A DNA stretch of 64,000 bases from NCBI GenBank assembly GCA_964016885.1, contig OZ024742.1, positions 340,814,001 through 340,878,000 on the forward strand, read 5' to 3'. A model generated the notes under the pieces. It saw only the letters and a list, made by a program, of their open reading frames with translations, had not been told where the DNA came from and did not search any database. Below, one piece after another: positions 45,964 through 61,910 of this stretch. The stretch is from Eledone cirrhosa (lineage: Eukaryota). The translations under genes were made by a program, and so were the position numbers. Numbering within the stretch: the stretch's first letter is position 1; every line of letters starts with the position of its first letter.

Positions 45964-46709
45964 TGCGTTTTATCGCTTTCGATTCTGTTGATTGTCCAAA
46001 CGTAAACATCTAAATATGTTTGCTTTTTTTCCTACAAAATCTTCATATGGTTTAAATTCACAAGTCTCCGATATCCGAATGGCTAAATGTCAGCAGAAGG
46101 TCACCCAGGAGTCACGATCTGGATGTAACCCAAACCCTTTATAGTGTAAGAAGTTAAGGGCCGAAACACTCGCTTGAGCGGGGTTTTCTTCTCAGAACTT
46201 CTGCAATCCAGCTCTCCTGACATATTCTTACCACTGGTATGTATTTTATCGCTTCCAGTTCTGTTTATTCTCCAAACCTAAACATGTAAATATGTTTTCG
46301 TGGTTTATAAATTTCTAACATAAGCACAAAACCATACAGATTTGATGGCGGATTACAGACGATTTAAAAGAAGATGAAAGCTAAAATCAACCTCAGCGAA
46401 ATTTGAGCAGAGGATATATAAAAGCTATATAAGTAAACAACATTACGCCCACTGCTCTGATAATTATGATAATTTAACGTTCTTAATCACATAAAAAATA
46501 ATATGAAAAGGAAATAATTTAAAGAGGTTAATTATCTTCCTGCGCTGCAGAAATTAATCAAATCAAAAAACATAAACATGTTTGTGTTATGAGAAAAGAT
46601 TTACCAAGAAGAGAAAAACAGAAAACTTGTTCCAAGATATCTAAATTTTGTTTGACGAAGATATTAACTTCATTAATATTGCTGTGTATAGATACCTGTG
46701 TGTATGACG

Positions 46710-46825
<116 letters not shown>

Positions 46826-46869
46826 ATACAGATACAAACGCACGTACACGCACACACATATATATATAC

Positions 46870-46908
<39 letters not shown>

Positions 46909-46910
46909 TA

Positions 46911-46944
<34 letters not shown>

Positions 46945-47000
46945 CATATATATGTGTATATATATATGTATGTATATATATATATGTGTATATATATATG

Positions 47001-47057
<57 letters not shown>

Positions 47058-47178
47058 ATATATATATGTATGTATGTATATATATATATATATATATATG
47101 TGTGTATATATATATATATGTATGTATGTATGTATATATATATATATATATGTGTATATATATATATATGTATGTATG

Positions 47179-47219
<41 letters not shown>

Positions 47220-47244
47220 GTGTATATATATATATATATGTATG

Positions 47245-47283
<39 letters not shown>

Positions 47284-47302
47284 ATATATATATATATGTA
47301 TG

Positions 47303-47357
<55 letters not shown>

Positions 47358-47374
47358 ATATATATGTATGTATG

Positions 47375-47713
<339 letters not shown>

Positions 47714-48909
47714 TATATATATATATGTATATATATGTATATATATGTATCTATATATATATATGTCTGTGTGTGTGTGTGTGTGTGTGCATACAGATAC
47801 AAACGCACGTACACACTCACACAGATATATATATATATATGTGTGTGTATGTATATAAATACATAGAGATTAAACGGTGGAAAGTGGGCAGAAACACTGA
47901 AAACAGCCCACGATAGACAATATATGTGTGTATGTGTGTATGTGTGTGTATGTGTGTCTGCGTGTGTGTGTGTGTCTGTATACTTAACAACGAGAAATAT
48001 TTCTTTACGTCAAGTAACTTATAGGTTGAACATATAGTGAGCGAAAAATAAGAACAGAACTTAATTTTAACTTCTTGGATCATATGATTGACTACACTGT
48101 CCATTGCGGTACCGTAGCTTGGCCCGTGTGCGCTGACACAAGATAGTAACATTATATGCTGGAATATGCAGTGAACTAACATAAAATTCAACATGGTAGA
48201 GAGACCGCCGACACAAAACCTCCTTGGGTCATTGAAGTTAAAACGTCAGCCATCGGCAGTAAAAATTTAATTGTTTATTTGAGATGCAAAACTTGTCTTT
48301 GTAATTACTTTTTTCATGAGGTGGCTGTTAATAGGAGGTCATTTATATCATTAAACAGACATATATATATATATGATAGCTGCCCCCTCGTTATCGAGTA
48401 TGGCCATTGCACGATATACCATTATTAATAATTATTAATTAATTCTATCGTGCAATGCCTGTGCGTGATGATATTTTTTAAAGTGAGGAAAGACTGTGCA
48501 CCGAGCCAATCTCACTCTCTGAGCGACAGTAGCTATAACCTCAAAAGAAGTAAAGATCAACATCATCGGTAACTACTGAGCCGCTGGCTTTATATCGGAG
48601 TTATCCGAGTTTCCTGAGTGGCCTTCGCCTAGAAGAATGCCGTGACAAAAGCTAGGGGTCCTTCACTCCCAGGGGTTTAACCGCACGGTACATGTGTATA
48701 TACATATTTACACACTTTCGGATGACCGTTGACTCTTATGAGTTATTCCCCCCTTTGTCAGGTTTTGTTTTTTATCCAGCAGGGTGTCCAAAATGACCCT
48801 CCTCACCAAGTAAACTTGGTGCGGTTGCCGGTTTAGTGGGCGACGACCCGACCATGCGACAGGTTGTACTGGGTTACATGTTACCAATAACACTCAAGAG
48901 TTTCCCGAC

Positions 48910-48941
<32 letters not shown>

Positions 48942-49125
48942 TGTTATACATGGGGAGAGTCATATTGTAATAATATTGTTAGAAGTAATAACAGAACACA
49001 CTCACTGTTTGGTTGGTTTTCGCTTCTGTATCATTTATATCTACATAGTTAATTTATTTGGCAATCAATGTTTATCATTGATTGACTAATGGTTAAAAAT
49101 ACAGATATAAATATATATATATAGT

Positions 49126-49171
49126 TTATCAAAGTTCTTTCGTTGCACATCTGAAATATCATCAGTGGTAA
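49126..49171 (-). ncRNA. Minimal hammerhead, GAAAGAACUU family (stem II decayed)
   Basis: rc: ttacca-CTGATGA-tatttcagatgtgcaac-GAAA-GAAC-TT-tgataa; in a pLTR copy related to 14520-14790. Confidence 0.55.
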
Positions 49172-49193
49172 TATTATGTTCCCTCCTATTGTA

Positions 49194-49306
<113 letters not shown>

Positions 49307-49322
49307 CGATATTGCATGGGCA

Positions 49323-49445
49323 TCCACTGATGAGTTATAAGGGCCCGCTTGTGTGTATATCTATGGATTATATACAAGTTTCTACATAACTTGGACATTA
49401 TTTATGCCACGTTGTAGAAATCTTATAACGAAACGATCGTATGGA
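49323..49445 (+). ncRNA. Type I hammerhead with a long stem II insertion
   Basis: tcca-CTGATGA-gttataag...(~80 nt)...cttataac-GAAA-CGATCG-TA-tgga. Confidence 0.85.
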
Positions 49446-49705
49446 AGGAAAGAGAGATTTATTTAATTATGTCTCATATAAAATAATACAACCAGCTATC
49501 CACGGAATACTCTAGAGTTAGCACCCCATACACTAAATTGGGATTATACTTAAGTATATCATATTGGTTGTTGAGTGAGATGGAGTTGGTCAGAGTATCG
49601 CTTATAGCTTTCTCTGTTAATGTATTAAATATATATATATATATATATGGGTTGTTATATCTGTTTATCTTTTACATACATATATATATGTATATATATA
49701 TATAC

Positions 49706-49763
<58 letters not shown>

Positions 49764-49796
49764 GTTTGCATGCATATATATATATATATATGTATA

Positions 49797-49888
<92 letters not shown>

Positions 49889-50339
49889 TGTATGTATATA
49901 TATCTCCGGGAGAGATGACCCCTTAGCCTTTGTCAAGGCAGAATTCTAGAAGGAAAACTCTGATATAACACCTGCAACCCTGATGGTATCCAATGAAGTT
50001 GACTTGTTCTTCTTTTTGGTAAATATCATCTTGGTTAAGAGAGTGGGACTGGCTTTGTGCAGTGTATTTGCTCACTATAAAAGCTTCACGGCACAGGCAT
50101 TGCTTTATATCTGGAGATCTCTCTGCACTTGTCGTCACATGGTACCATGGGCCCAGCACTATGTGTCAATAATTGTCACAAGTGTAGTGTTTGTACCAGA
50201 GTTTTCAAGTCGCAGACTGGACTAAAAAGTCACACTCGTTCGGCGCATCGGTAGGGGTTCTCCTACATGGATATAAAGTAGTGGCCGTACTCGAAAACGA
50301 GTTGGCAGCCGCCATATATATATATATATATATATATAT

Positions 50340-53300
50340 AAACGTTTGTATATGTATAATAAAGCCAAAACAATGCAGGGATGGACATAGAATAAAGAAT
50401 GCAAATGCAAAATATATTGTTGACAATCAGTCATTTACCTTAGATTTATTTAAATGTCCTTAATTTTCGAGATAATATCTCTTCTTCGGAGGTAAGCAAA
50501 GCGGTTCTAAATAGATTGCCGAGTCATGCTGACTGGAAATGGTATAGAGTATCTGTTCTATCTCTAATGTCAAAGAGTTAAGGTTAGGTGGATAAAGAGT
50601 AGTCTCCCTTTAAAAGGGTTTTTTTTTGTACATGCCTGTTTAAGTGTGTGGGAGAATGCATGAAGGTGTAAGTATGTGATTGTGTGTGTGTGAGTGTGAG
50701 AAGATATGTCTATACGTAAATGTGGGGGATAGATGTTATCTCGTGTTAGAACTGGTCTTTGTGTGTGTATGTGTGTGTGTGAGAGAGAATAAGTGTTTTG
50801 GCTTTATTATACATATACAAACGTTTATACCTCATTACACAATGCTTCAAGTGAACTATAACCTCCTCCTTTCATTACGCCTGAGCCAGGCCCAGTTCAC
50901 AACTGTAAAGAAACTCTTCAATCTATCTGAAAAGCGCGCCAAAGCCGGCTGCCAAATAAACTTCCTAAAACGATGCCTGAATAACATCATCCCCAAAACT
51001 ATCAAAAGCTTGCACCTACCAACATGCTTCAAATCACCAGGCCTCAAACGATCACTTAGTTACATACAAAAATTTTGCCTAAGAAAACTCATACAACACC
51101 TACGCCGCACGCTACAACAACACATACAGACTATTTCCAGCCTTGTACTACAACTCGCTGAAACCCCAGAACCTCTGTCCAGAGTTATCTCCGCCGCTAT
51201 AGACAGGTCATACCACCATCGCCGAGACTACGAGAAAATACGCCTAATGCAAACATTTCTCAAACTCAGCACGGCTAACCCTCTTAACAACATCCCAACT
51301 CTAAGCACCAACAGAGGCGAACAAGACGGTACCAACACCGAAACTAGCCGACCAACAACACACCTGACGCAAAACACCTCGTCACAGACTTGACAGGATC
51401 CCTCTCCCGAGAGGAATTAGACCTCCTCAGCCTGGGTCCCAAGTTCATATTGAAACAGAGACTGGACGACAAATTATGGCTCGACATAGAAACGAATTTC
51501 TGTCGGGCTGCCTACCAACTAAAATGGATATCGACTCTCGGCAACAACACCACGGAATCTAACAAACCCAGATTCCCAATATACCAACTGGATCACCCAC
51601 TCTGTCGACCGCCTGCCAACCGCGAGCTTGAAGAAAAACTCTCGAGGCTAAAACATTCCGTATTTAACATCTTACGTAAACAGAAGAAGATAGCCCCAAA
51701 CCTCTCCAGGACACAACAACTCGCCCTGAAGAACCTACGGAATAGGGAACTTATATACTTACCATCCGACAAAGGTAAAGAGTTTTGCGTCATCTCTCAA
51801 GCCACATACAATAACCTAGCCTTTGAACACCTAAGCTACAATAAATTATATACAGAGATCCCGGACATGACTGCAGCCCAGATCGAAAAACAGACCAACT
51901 CCATCTGGTTCGATATCTGTAGGAGAAGACAACTCCCAAATAAAATTAAGCTCAACTACACCACTTGAAATAGCAGACTGCCCACTTTCTACCACCTCAT
52001 CAAGACCCACAAGAATAGTACTAAGACGCAAATAAGACCCATCGTCTCTAGCATAGAAGGACCCCCATACAAAATTTCCTGGCTCCTCTCCCAGGTCCTC
52101 AAGCCTCTACTCTCCACCTTTCCCGGGCATGTCAGTAGCTCCGACAAAGTTATACGAAGACTACACCAACTCCAGCCAGAACAACTTAAACTAAATAGAT
52201 ACGCCTTTAGCCTCGACGTTGTCTCCCTCTACACTACAGTCCACGCTCATCCAGCTGTCGATTTATTGACGGACTGCGTGGTCGTAGAGGACATCCCCTG
52301 CTACGGCCTCCATCCGACGGACATACACCAGCTTTTGTCCTTCACAGTAGACAACACGTACTTCACCTTGCACCACCACACATACAGACAGACAACAGGA
52401 TTACCCATGGGATCCAACCTATCGGGCCTACTGGCCATCACCTATATGAACCAGCTAGAATGCCGAGCCCTCAACACCTGCCATTCCCATACCTTCTTCA
52501 CCCGATATGTAGATGACATACTCATCCTTACATCATCCCTTGAGGAGGGAGATAAAATATACACAACATTCTCCAGCATGGACGCCAGTATGAAGTTCAG
52601 CATCGATCACCCCGATGACCGCGGATCCCTATCCCTACTGGACTTCCAACTCAGGGTAACAGAGGAAGGCAACATCCACACCTGCTTCTATAAAAAAGCC
52701 GCCAGCAGGGACCTGGTCGTACATTTCAGATCGGCCCTCCCAGCCGGCGCTAAGTTCGGATACATAAGGAATGAACTAACACGTATCCGGAAGAAATGCA
52801 CCGACGCTAGAGACCGAGACACACACACCACACATTTCCTGGAAGTACTCAAATTGAACGGATACACGACATCCACCACAAACCGTTCCAGAAAGAACAG
52901 AGGACACCACACCCGAGGCACTAACACTTGCTTCCTGAAGCTCCCACACTTCAGTGACGAAACAACAACAGCCATCCGCAGACGAGAGGGACAGATATCC
53001 AACTGGCCCACTCAGGTCCTTCTCTACGCGGACAGCTAACCAAAAGACACTCCACCAGACATGACAACTGCTGCAGGCTAGCCAACTGCCCCATCAACGA
53101 CACAGACCTATGCCACCAGGCTTACGTCGTATACAGACTAGAGTGTGACAAATGCAGCAACTTCTACGTAGGTAGCACCACCAGACCACTCCACATAAGA
53201 ATAAAAGAACACCTCAATACTAACCCTTCTTCATTTAAGAAACACCTAGTTAAATGCAAAAACACCGACAAAACCATAACAGTTAGGATAGAAACTAAGG

Positions 53301-53474
53301 AAAGAAACCTCGGCAATCTTAGAATTAAGGAAGCACTAATTATAGACAAAATATAACTACCAATCAATAATAGACTAGAACTCAACACCCAATTTATAAC
53401 TTGATAGAGCTTCTAGCCCCATATTTACACACACCCCAAACACACACACGCACACACACACGCACACACACACG

Positions 53475-53505
<31 letters not shown>

Positions 53506-54025
53506 GCTTACACCTCCACTTATTCTCTCTCACACACACATACACACACAAATACCAGTTCTAACACGAGATAACATCTATCCCTCACATTTACGTATAG
53601 ACATATCTTCTCACACTCACACACACACACTCACATACTTACACCTTCATGCATTCTCCCACACACTTAAACAGGCATGTACAAAAAAAAAACTCTTTGA
53701 AAGGGAGACTACTCTTTATCCACCTAACCTTAACTATTTGACATTAGAGATAGAACAGATACTCTATACCATTTCCAGTCAGCATGGCTTGGCATGCTAT
53801 TTAGAACACTGGTTTAACCGCTTTACATCCCTCCGAAGAAGAGATATTATCTCGAAAATTAAGGACATTTAAATAAATCTAAGGTAAAAGACTAATTGTC
53901 AACAATATCTTTTGCATTTGCATTCTTTATTCTATGTCCATACCTGCATTGTTTTGGCTTTATTATACATATACAAACGTTTATACCTCATTACACAATG
54001 CTTCAAGTGAACTATAACCTCCTCC
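50340..54025 (+). mobile_element. Near full-length Penelope/Poseidon-like PLE with inverted 5' pLTR and 3' pLTR
   Basis: Disrupted ORF 50842-53404: PSDKG, FYHLIKTHK, IRPIVS, FSLDVVSLYT, GLPMGS.LS, RYVDD, VVY.LEC..C..FYVGST.R.L..RIKEH; 50340-50795 is an inverted copy of ~53517-53985. Confidence 0.95.
50842..53404 (+). pseudogene. PLE RT plus GIY-YIG polyprotein (few frameshifts and stops)
   Basis: ORFs 50680-51393, 51390-51968, 52266-53039 and the downstream GIY-YIG frame. Confidence 0.9.
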
Positions 54026-54235
54026 TATATATATATATATATATATAAATGAGGTAAATATCTCATTGAGTACTAAGTACACATTGAGATATATAGGGTG
54101 TCTATAATATAATTGTTGTTCTATGGTACTAATTAGAGATACCAGAACTATAAAAATTGATGAGCAGAACAAACAAACATTAAACAATCCTTTAAATAGA
54201 TTAAAAAATAATTTAAATATCTACCTGTTCATAAT

Positions 54236-54314
54236 GCTATTACCGGCGGTTTCCATCCACAAAAGATTGGAAATTTAGAGAATTTCCAACGGAAAGTAGA
54301 TTTCATCAGATAGC
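54236..54314 (-). ncRNA. Type I hammerhead ribozyme
   Basis: rc: gctat-CTGATGA-aatctac..ttggaaatt/aatttccaa..gtggatg-GAAA-CCGCCGG-TA-atagc. Confidence 0.8.
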
Positions 54315-54594
54315 TATTTCCTTTCTATAGGACATATGTCCCATGGTCTGCAAATATAATGCTAACTACCAGCTCGTATGAGTTATAGCCGTTAAAGTGA
54401 CCCATACGTGACCCGGCCACTAGAACAAGCGGGAATATTACAGACTTGTTGATGGCTTGGCTGCTAAAATAATAGCAGTAAGCAACTAGTGACCAGGTCA
54501 CGTATGGGTCACTTTAACGGGTATAACTCATACGAGCTGGTAGTTAGTATTATATTTGCGGACCATGGGACATATGTCCTATAGAAAGGAAATA

Positions 54595-54673
54595 GCTATC
54601 TGATGAAATCTACTTTCCGTTGGAAATTCTCTGAATTTCCAATCTTTTGTGGATGTAAACCGTCGGTAATAGC
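54595..54673 (+). ncRNA. Hammerhead copy with G12 to T (TAAA), probably inactive
   Basis: gctat-CTGATGA-...gtggatg-TAAA-ccgtcgg-TA-atagc. Confidence 0.65.
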
Positions 54674-54751
54674 ATTATGAACAGGTAGATATTTAAATTA
54701 TTTTTTAATTTATTTAAAGGATTGTTTAATGTTTGTTTGTTCTGCTCATCA

Positions 54752-54785
<34 letters not shown>

Positions 54786-55615
54786 TCTTCCTCGCACTTC
54801 CACTCACTCACTCTCTGTTTCTCCCCTTCTCACTTCCTCCTGTTCGCTAGTAGTGGGGTTCCTTCTTTCTCACACCGCATTCACGGCGGACGGTCTGCTT
54901 CACTGACCGCTCATGTAATTCACCCAGCTTATGCTGATCGGATAACTATCATGTTGCTTGCTGTTTTCCCAACCTTCGGTTTGCTTTTCCTTTTGTTGTT
55001 TACTTGTCTCACTCGCTTTACGCGTTTCACTTGTCCCAATAGCTTATTTTAGTTATTGCTCGCACCAACCTGAGGTATCTGATTTTTAATGCGATGAAAT
55101 ACCAATGATGGTTGGCAAATCACTGATGAGGGACTAATTTTATAATATGTAATCCATGTGCAACCATGCAGTATTCTTCTCTCCTTGTTTTTCATATATA
55201 TATATATATACATATCTCTCTGTATATATATATATGTATATATATATATATTTATATATATATACGTATATACACACACATATAAATATATATATATAAA
55301 TATATATGTATATGACGGCTGCCCCCTCGTTATCGAGTATGGCCATTGCACGATATACCATTATATCGAGGTTAACTTTACCTTTCATCCTTACGGGGTC
55401 GATAAAATAAAGTACCAGTAATGTACTGGGTAATTGCTGGCCTTGTGCCTAAAGTAGAAACAATTATTAATAATTATTAATTAATTCTATAGTGTAATGC
55501 CTGTGCGTGAAGATATTTTTTAACTTGAGGAAAGACTGTGGACTGAGCCAATCCCACTCTCTGAGCGACAGTAGCTATAACCCGAAAAGAAGAAAAGATC
55601 AACATCATCGGTAAC

Positions 55616-55658
<43 letters not shown>

Positions 55659-55895
55659 CATGTAACTGAGTATGTTATGTGTGTTTATATTTAATGGGGA
55701 AATATATATTTAAGGAAATTCGCTCTAACGAAAGCACCTACTTTTCCAATATATTAAGATACTGTGTGTATAACTGTATGTGTTTGTATGTGCATGTGTG
55801 TGTGTTTTTGCTTGCCTTGTTTGTAAATGTCTGAGTATGCATGTTTATATGCCTGTATGCATGCATATTTATATATAAATATATATATATATATA

Positions 55896-56090
55896 TAGGA
55901 AATGAGTCAGGACCCTGACGGCTGAGCTCCGGCCGTTTCGACAGCTAGATCATTTCGGATCTAGCTGTCGAAACGACCGGAGCTCAGCCGTCGGGATCCT
56001 GACTCTTTTCCTATTACCCACTCTACTACCCCAAGTATCGAGCACTCTGGTGCGTTATGGTCCACCTGGTATCTTACTATACCTTCTTTT
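55896..56090. repeat. Palindromic half-hammerhead element with tail, within (TA)n
   Basis: Palindrome 55896-56013 (centre gatcatttcggatc) plus tail. Confidence 0.9.
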
Positions 56091-56102
56091 TTATATATAT
56101 AT

Positions 56103-56899
56103 ATATTTCTTTAGGCCGTTTTGGAAGCCTCAACAATGCAGATGAGTAAATCTCCGGGTAACAAGATCCGGTGGTGGAGAGAGAGATGTAAGGGAATGTA
56201 GGTTGAGATGTGTAGTGTGTAGAAGAATGTAGGAAAGAGCGTAAAGGATAATAATAATAATACGAGATAGAGTTACATTGGGAGAGATTTAATTGTCCCT
56301 ATATATTTCGGATTCACATCCATCAACTAGAGGGGGGTCCGGGAGGGGGGAAGGTTGTCTGTCGGAAAGGTGTGAAACGTGTCCTCCGCTGATCGTTGAG
56401 GTATTCAGCAGAACGCGTGAAATGGGGTCGGTTAAGCAGAGGTTGTCGGCCGAAATAGTCTTTCAATTGTGGGAGTGGGGTGGCGTTAGCTGTCAGTCCA
56501 TTGTATTATCTGCCCTATTGAATAGTGTGTGGTTGTGATAGTATTCTCTGCCTGTTTGGTGAATGTTACTGTGTGTGTGTGTGCGTGTGTTGTCTCGTTC
56601 GTCTGTATTAGCAGTGTAGTATGTTCATATGGTGTAATGCTACTGTGTGTATGTGTGCGTGTGTTGCTGTCTCGCTTGTGTGTGCGTATGCGTGTGTTGC
56701 TGCATCGTTTGTTTCTCTCCCAAAGTAACTCTATCTCGTATTATTTTTATTATCCTTTACGCTCTTTCCTACATTCTTCTACACACTACACATCTCAACC
56801 TACATTCCCTTACATCTCTCTCTCCACCACCGGATCTTGTTACCCGGAGATTTACCCATCTGCATTGTTGAAGCTTCCAAAACGACCTAAAGAAATATA
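56103..56899. repeat. Inverted repeat (~185-bp arms, 56103-56290 and 56713-56899)
   Basis: Arms are reverse complements. Confidence 0.85.
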
Positions 56900-56955
56900 C
56901 CTTATTATTCCACAATGCTTCAAGCAAACTTCAACACTCTCTTATATATATACAT

Positions 56956-56998
56956 ACGGTGCTGATGATAGCTAACAAGCTTGAAACTAGTACATCGT
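56956..56998 (+). ncRNA. Minimal type I hammerhead
   Basis: acggtg-CTGATGA-t agct aaca agct t-GAAA-CTAG-TA-catcgt. Confidence 0.88.
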
Positions 56999-57421
56999 TC
57001 CTGTGTCAGTGTTGAACAAAAAGGTGACATGGTTGCCTTAACACCGTATGGCATAAATTCAGGCTGTTCAGTTTGTTTACAAACGAACAAAGCGACGTTA
57101 GCGCCGCTAAACTGATACGTGCATATATGTATGTGTACCTGTATGCATATGTATGTATATGTGTATATATATATATATATGTGCATGCTACTGTACGTCT
57201 GTATACATATATGTATGTACGTATACATGCATACTTACATTTAAGTAAGTGCCATACTAAGAGTGAGAAATGAAATTTCGTTTTCATTTTGTTTCAATTT
57301 ATCGTTTTCGGTATGCCTGACCGATTTAACTCACTCAATATGCAAATTAGGCTGCTCAGCCGTTAATTTTCATAAGGAAAGTATATACTTTCGAACGTTC
57401 AACTATCTGGCAGATGGGTAA

Positions 57422-57464
57422 ACGGTGCTGATGATAGCTAACAAGCTTGAAACTAGTACATCGT
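57422..57464 (+). ncRNA. Minimal type I hammerhead
   Basis: Identical to 56956-56998. Confidence 0.88.
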
Positions 57465-57721
57465 TCCTGTGTCAGTGTTGAACAAAAAGGTGACATGGTT
57501 GCCTTAACACCGTATGGCATAAATTCAGGCTGTTCAGTTTGTTTACAAACGAACAAAGCGACGTTAGCGCCGCTAAACTGATACGTGCATATATGTATGT
57601 GTACCTGTATGTATATGTGTATATATATATATATATGTGCATGCTACTGTACGTCTGTATACATATATGTATGTACGTATACATGCATACTTACATTTAT
57701 ATATATATATATATATATATA

Positions 57722-58125
57722 TTAATCACTCTCACCACAGCGTCTCTACTTCCATCTACATTAAACCAACAGACTACCAATCTTATCTCTACTTCACCTC
57801 CTCCCCTCCAACCCACACCTAACACTCCATAGCCTATTCCCAATTCCTTCGTCTTCGTCGACTCTGTAGCCAGGACGACGATTTCGAAACCCATTCCCTT
57901 CGCATGGCTTCTTGCTTCATCCAGCGTGGATATCCCCCCCTCCCCACCTTGATCCAAGCTGCTCTCACTCGCGCCCGTGAAACAGACCGCATCACAGCCG
58001 TCTCACCTCATCCCCGCCCTCCCAACACGCGTGTTCCTTTCTCTCTCACCTACCACGCCATCACCCTACCACTCCGCCGACATATCCTCCGTTCCTTCCG
58101 TATCCTCTCTTCTGACCCCGTCACG
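57722..58125 (+). pseudogene. PLE RT thumb/C-terminal fragment
   Basis: STSIYIKPTD.QSYLYFTSS.P, SIAYSQFLRLRRLCS.D.DF, FIQRGYP, RVPF.LTYH. Confidence 0.8.
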
Positions 58126-58162
58126 GCTCCGGCCGTTTCGAAAACCAGATATTATACATACA

Positions 58163-58390
58163 TGAAAAGGATCGATCGACTTTCGTCAAATCGGACCGTG
58201 GAAACAATGTTTCCGTTGGTCTTTCCAGTTGCTAATACTATCTATCGGTCGCAACTCCAGGTAGAAAGAGCAACGTGAAATAAAGTGTCTTACTCAAGGA
58301 CATAACGCATCGCCTGATGCAGGAATCGAACTCACAACCTTACGATTGCGAATCCAATTCTCTAACCACTCAGTCACACGCCTTCACATA
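58163..58390 (-). mobile_element. CORE-like SINE, family B
   Basis: rc starts tgtgaaggcgtgtgactgagtggttagag, with a B-box; matches 22921. Confidence 0.8.
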
Positions 58391-58391
58391 T

Positions 58392-60595
<2,204 letters not shown>

Positions 60596-60951
60596 ACTTA
60601 TATATTATGAAGTGCTGTTGGCTTTTCGCTGCAGTATTTTCTATACCTTTCATTTATATATTTATACTCGGATTTTTTTCCTAGAGTCCTTAAATTATTT
60701 GTGACTAATCCCGTTTTTTTTAATAAAAAACTGCGATAATATTGCTTTTAGCTGAATTCCTTTTGTAGAGTTTTTTTTCGGAATGTTTTTGACTGTTGTT
60801 TCTTGTAAACAAACATTCGTCTCATTCTGACGTCACTAGCGATGTCTTTCCTCATATGCGTTTTTCATAATTACGCATGACGGTGAACTAGCCAGTTTTA
60901 AAATTCCCTTTTTGGCATATTAATCTGTGAGAGTCCTGGTTATCGAGTTGA

Positions 60952-61031
60952 GCTCTGCTGAAGATTGAATTCCAACCGTGACCATCTTCACTGAAAGTTT
61001 TCATGAAATAGTCTTTAAGACTATACAGAGC
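60952..61031 (+). ncRNA. Canonical type I hammerhead ribozyme
   Basis: gctctg-CTGAAGA-ttgaa...ttcat-GAAA-tagtct tta agacta-TA-cagagc. Confidence 0.9.
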
Positions 61032-61581
61032 ATTTGAAGTTTTTCAAAATTGAAGGATGAGTATTTTAGACTTTATTTTATCATGAGTTAAGGCTCTATT
61101 GATTTTCCCCTGGATTTCACTAAATTCTGTGGATGAATTTATATCCTGATTCTCTTTGAGATGAGTTTGAATTATTATTCCCACATCTTATGTTAACTAT
61201 TTTTCCCATTTTGACGCTATAGTCACTTATATATTATGAAGTGCTGTTGGCTTTTCGCTGCAGTGTTTTCTATACCTTTCATTTATATATTTATACTCGG
61301 ATTTTTTTCCTAGATTGCTTAAATTATTTGTGACTAATCCCGGTTTTTTTAATAAAAAATTGCGATATTATTGCTTTTTGCTGAACTCCTTCTGTAGAGT
61401 TTTTTTTTCGGAATGTTTTTGACTGTTGTTTCTTGTAAACAAACATTCGTCTCATTCTGACGTCACTAGCCATGTCTTTCCTCATTTGCGTTTTTCATAA
61501 TCACGCATGATGGTGAACTAGCCAGTTTTAAAATTCCCTTTTTGGCATATTAATCTGTGAGAGTCCTGGTTATCGAGTTGA

Positions 61582-61661
61582 GCTCTGCTGAGGATTGAAT
61601 TCCAACCGTGACCATCTCCACTGAAAGTTTTCATGAAATAGTCTTTAAGACTATACAGAGC
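61582..61661 (+). ncRNA. Canonical type I hammerhead ribozyme
   Basis: gctctg-CTGAGGA-ttgaa...ttcat-GAAA-tagtct/agacta-TA-cagagc; differs from copy 1 in the core only at the free N7 position. Confidence 0.9.
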
Positions 61662-61910
61662 ATTTGAAGTTTTTCCAAATTAAAGGATGAGTATTTTAGA
61701 CTTTATTTTATCATGAGTTAAGGCTCTATTGATTTTCCCCTGGATTTCACTAAATTCTGTGGATGAATTTATATCCTGATTCTCTTTGAGATGAGTTTGA
61801 ATTATTTTTCCCACATCTTACGTTAACTATTTTTCCCATTTTCACGCTATAGTCACTTATATATTATGAAGTGCTGTTGGCTTTTCGCTGCAGTGTTTTC
61901 TATACCTTTG

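Larger units (their letters stand above)
54152..54758. repeat. Long inverted repeat (~270-bp arms, ~60-bp spacer) within (TA)n
   Basis: 54152-54425 versus 54486-54758. Confidence 0.95.
56956..57698 (+). mobile_element. Tandem HHR-containing repeat, 466-nt unit x ~1.6 (retrozyme or pLTR-like)
   Basis: Identical hammerheads at 56956-56998 and 57422-57464, with the downstream sequence repeated. Confidence 0.8.

Noticed and set aside
55118-55175. CTGATGAggga motif
   Set aside because: No downstream GAAA or cleavage triplet.
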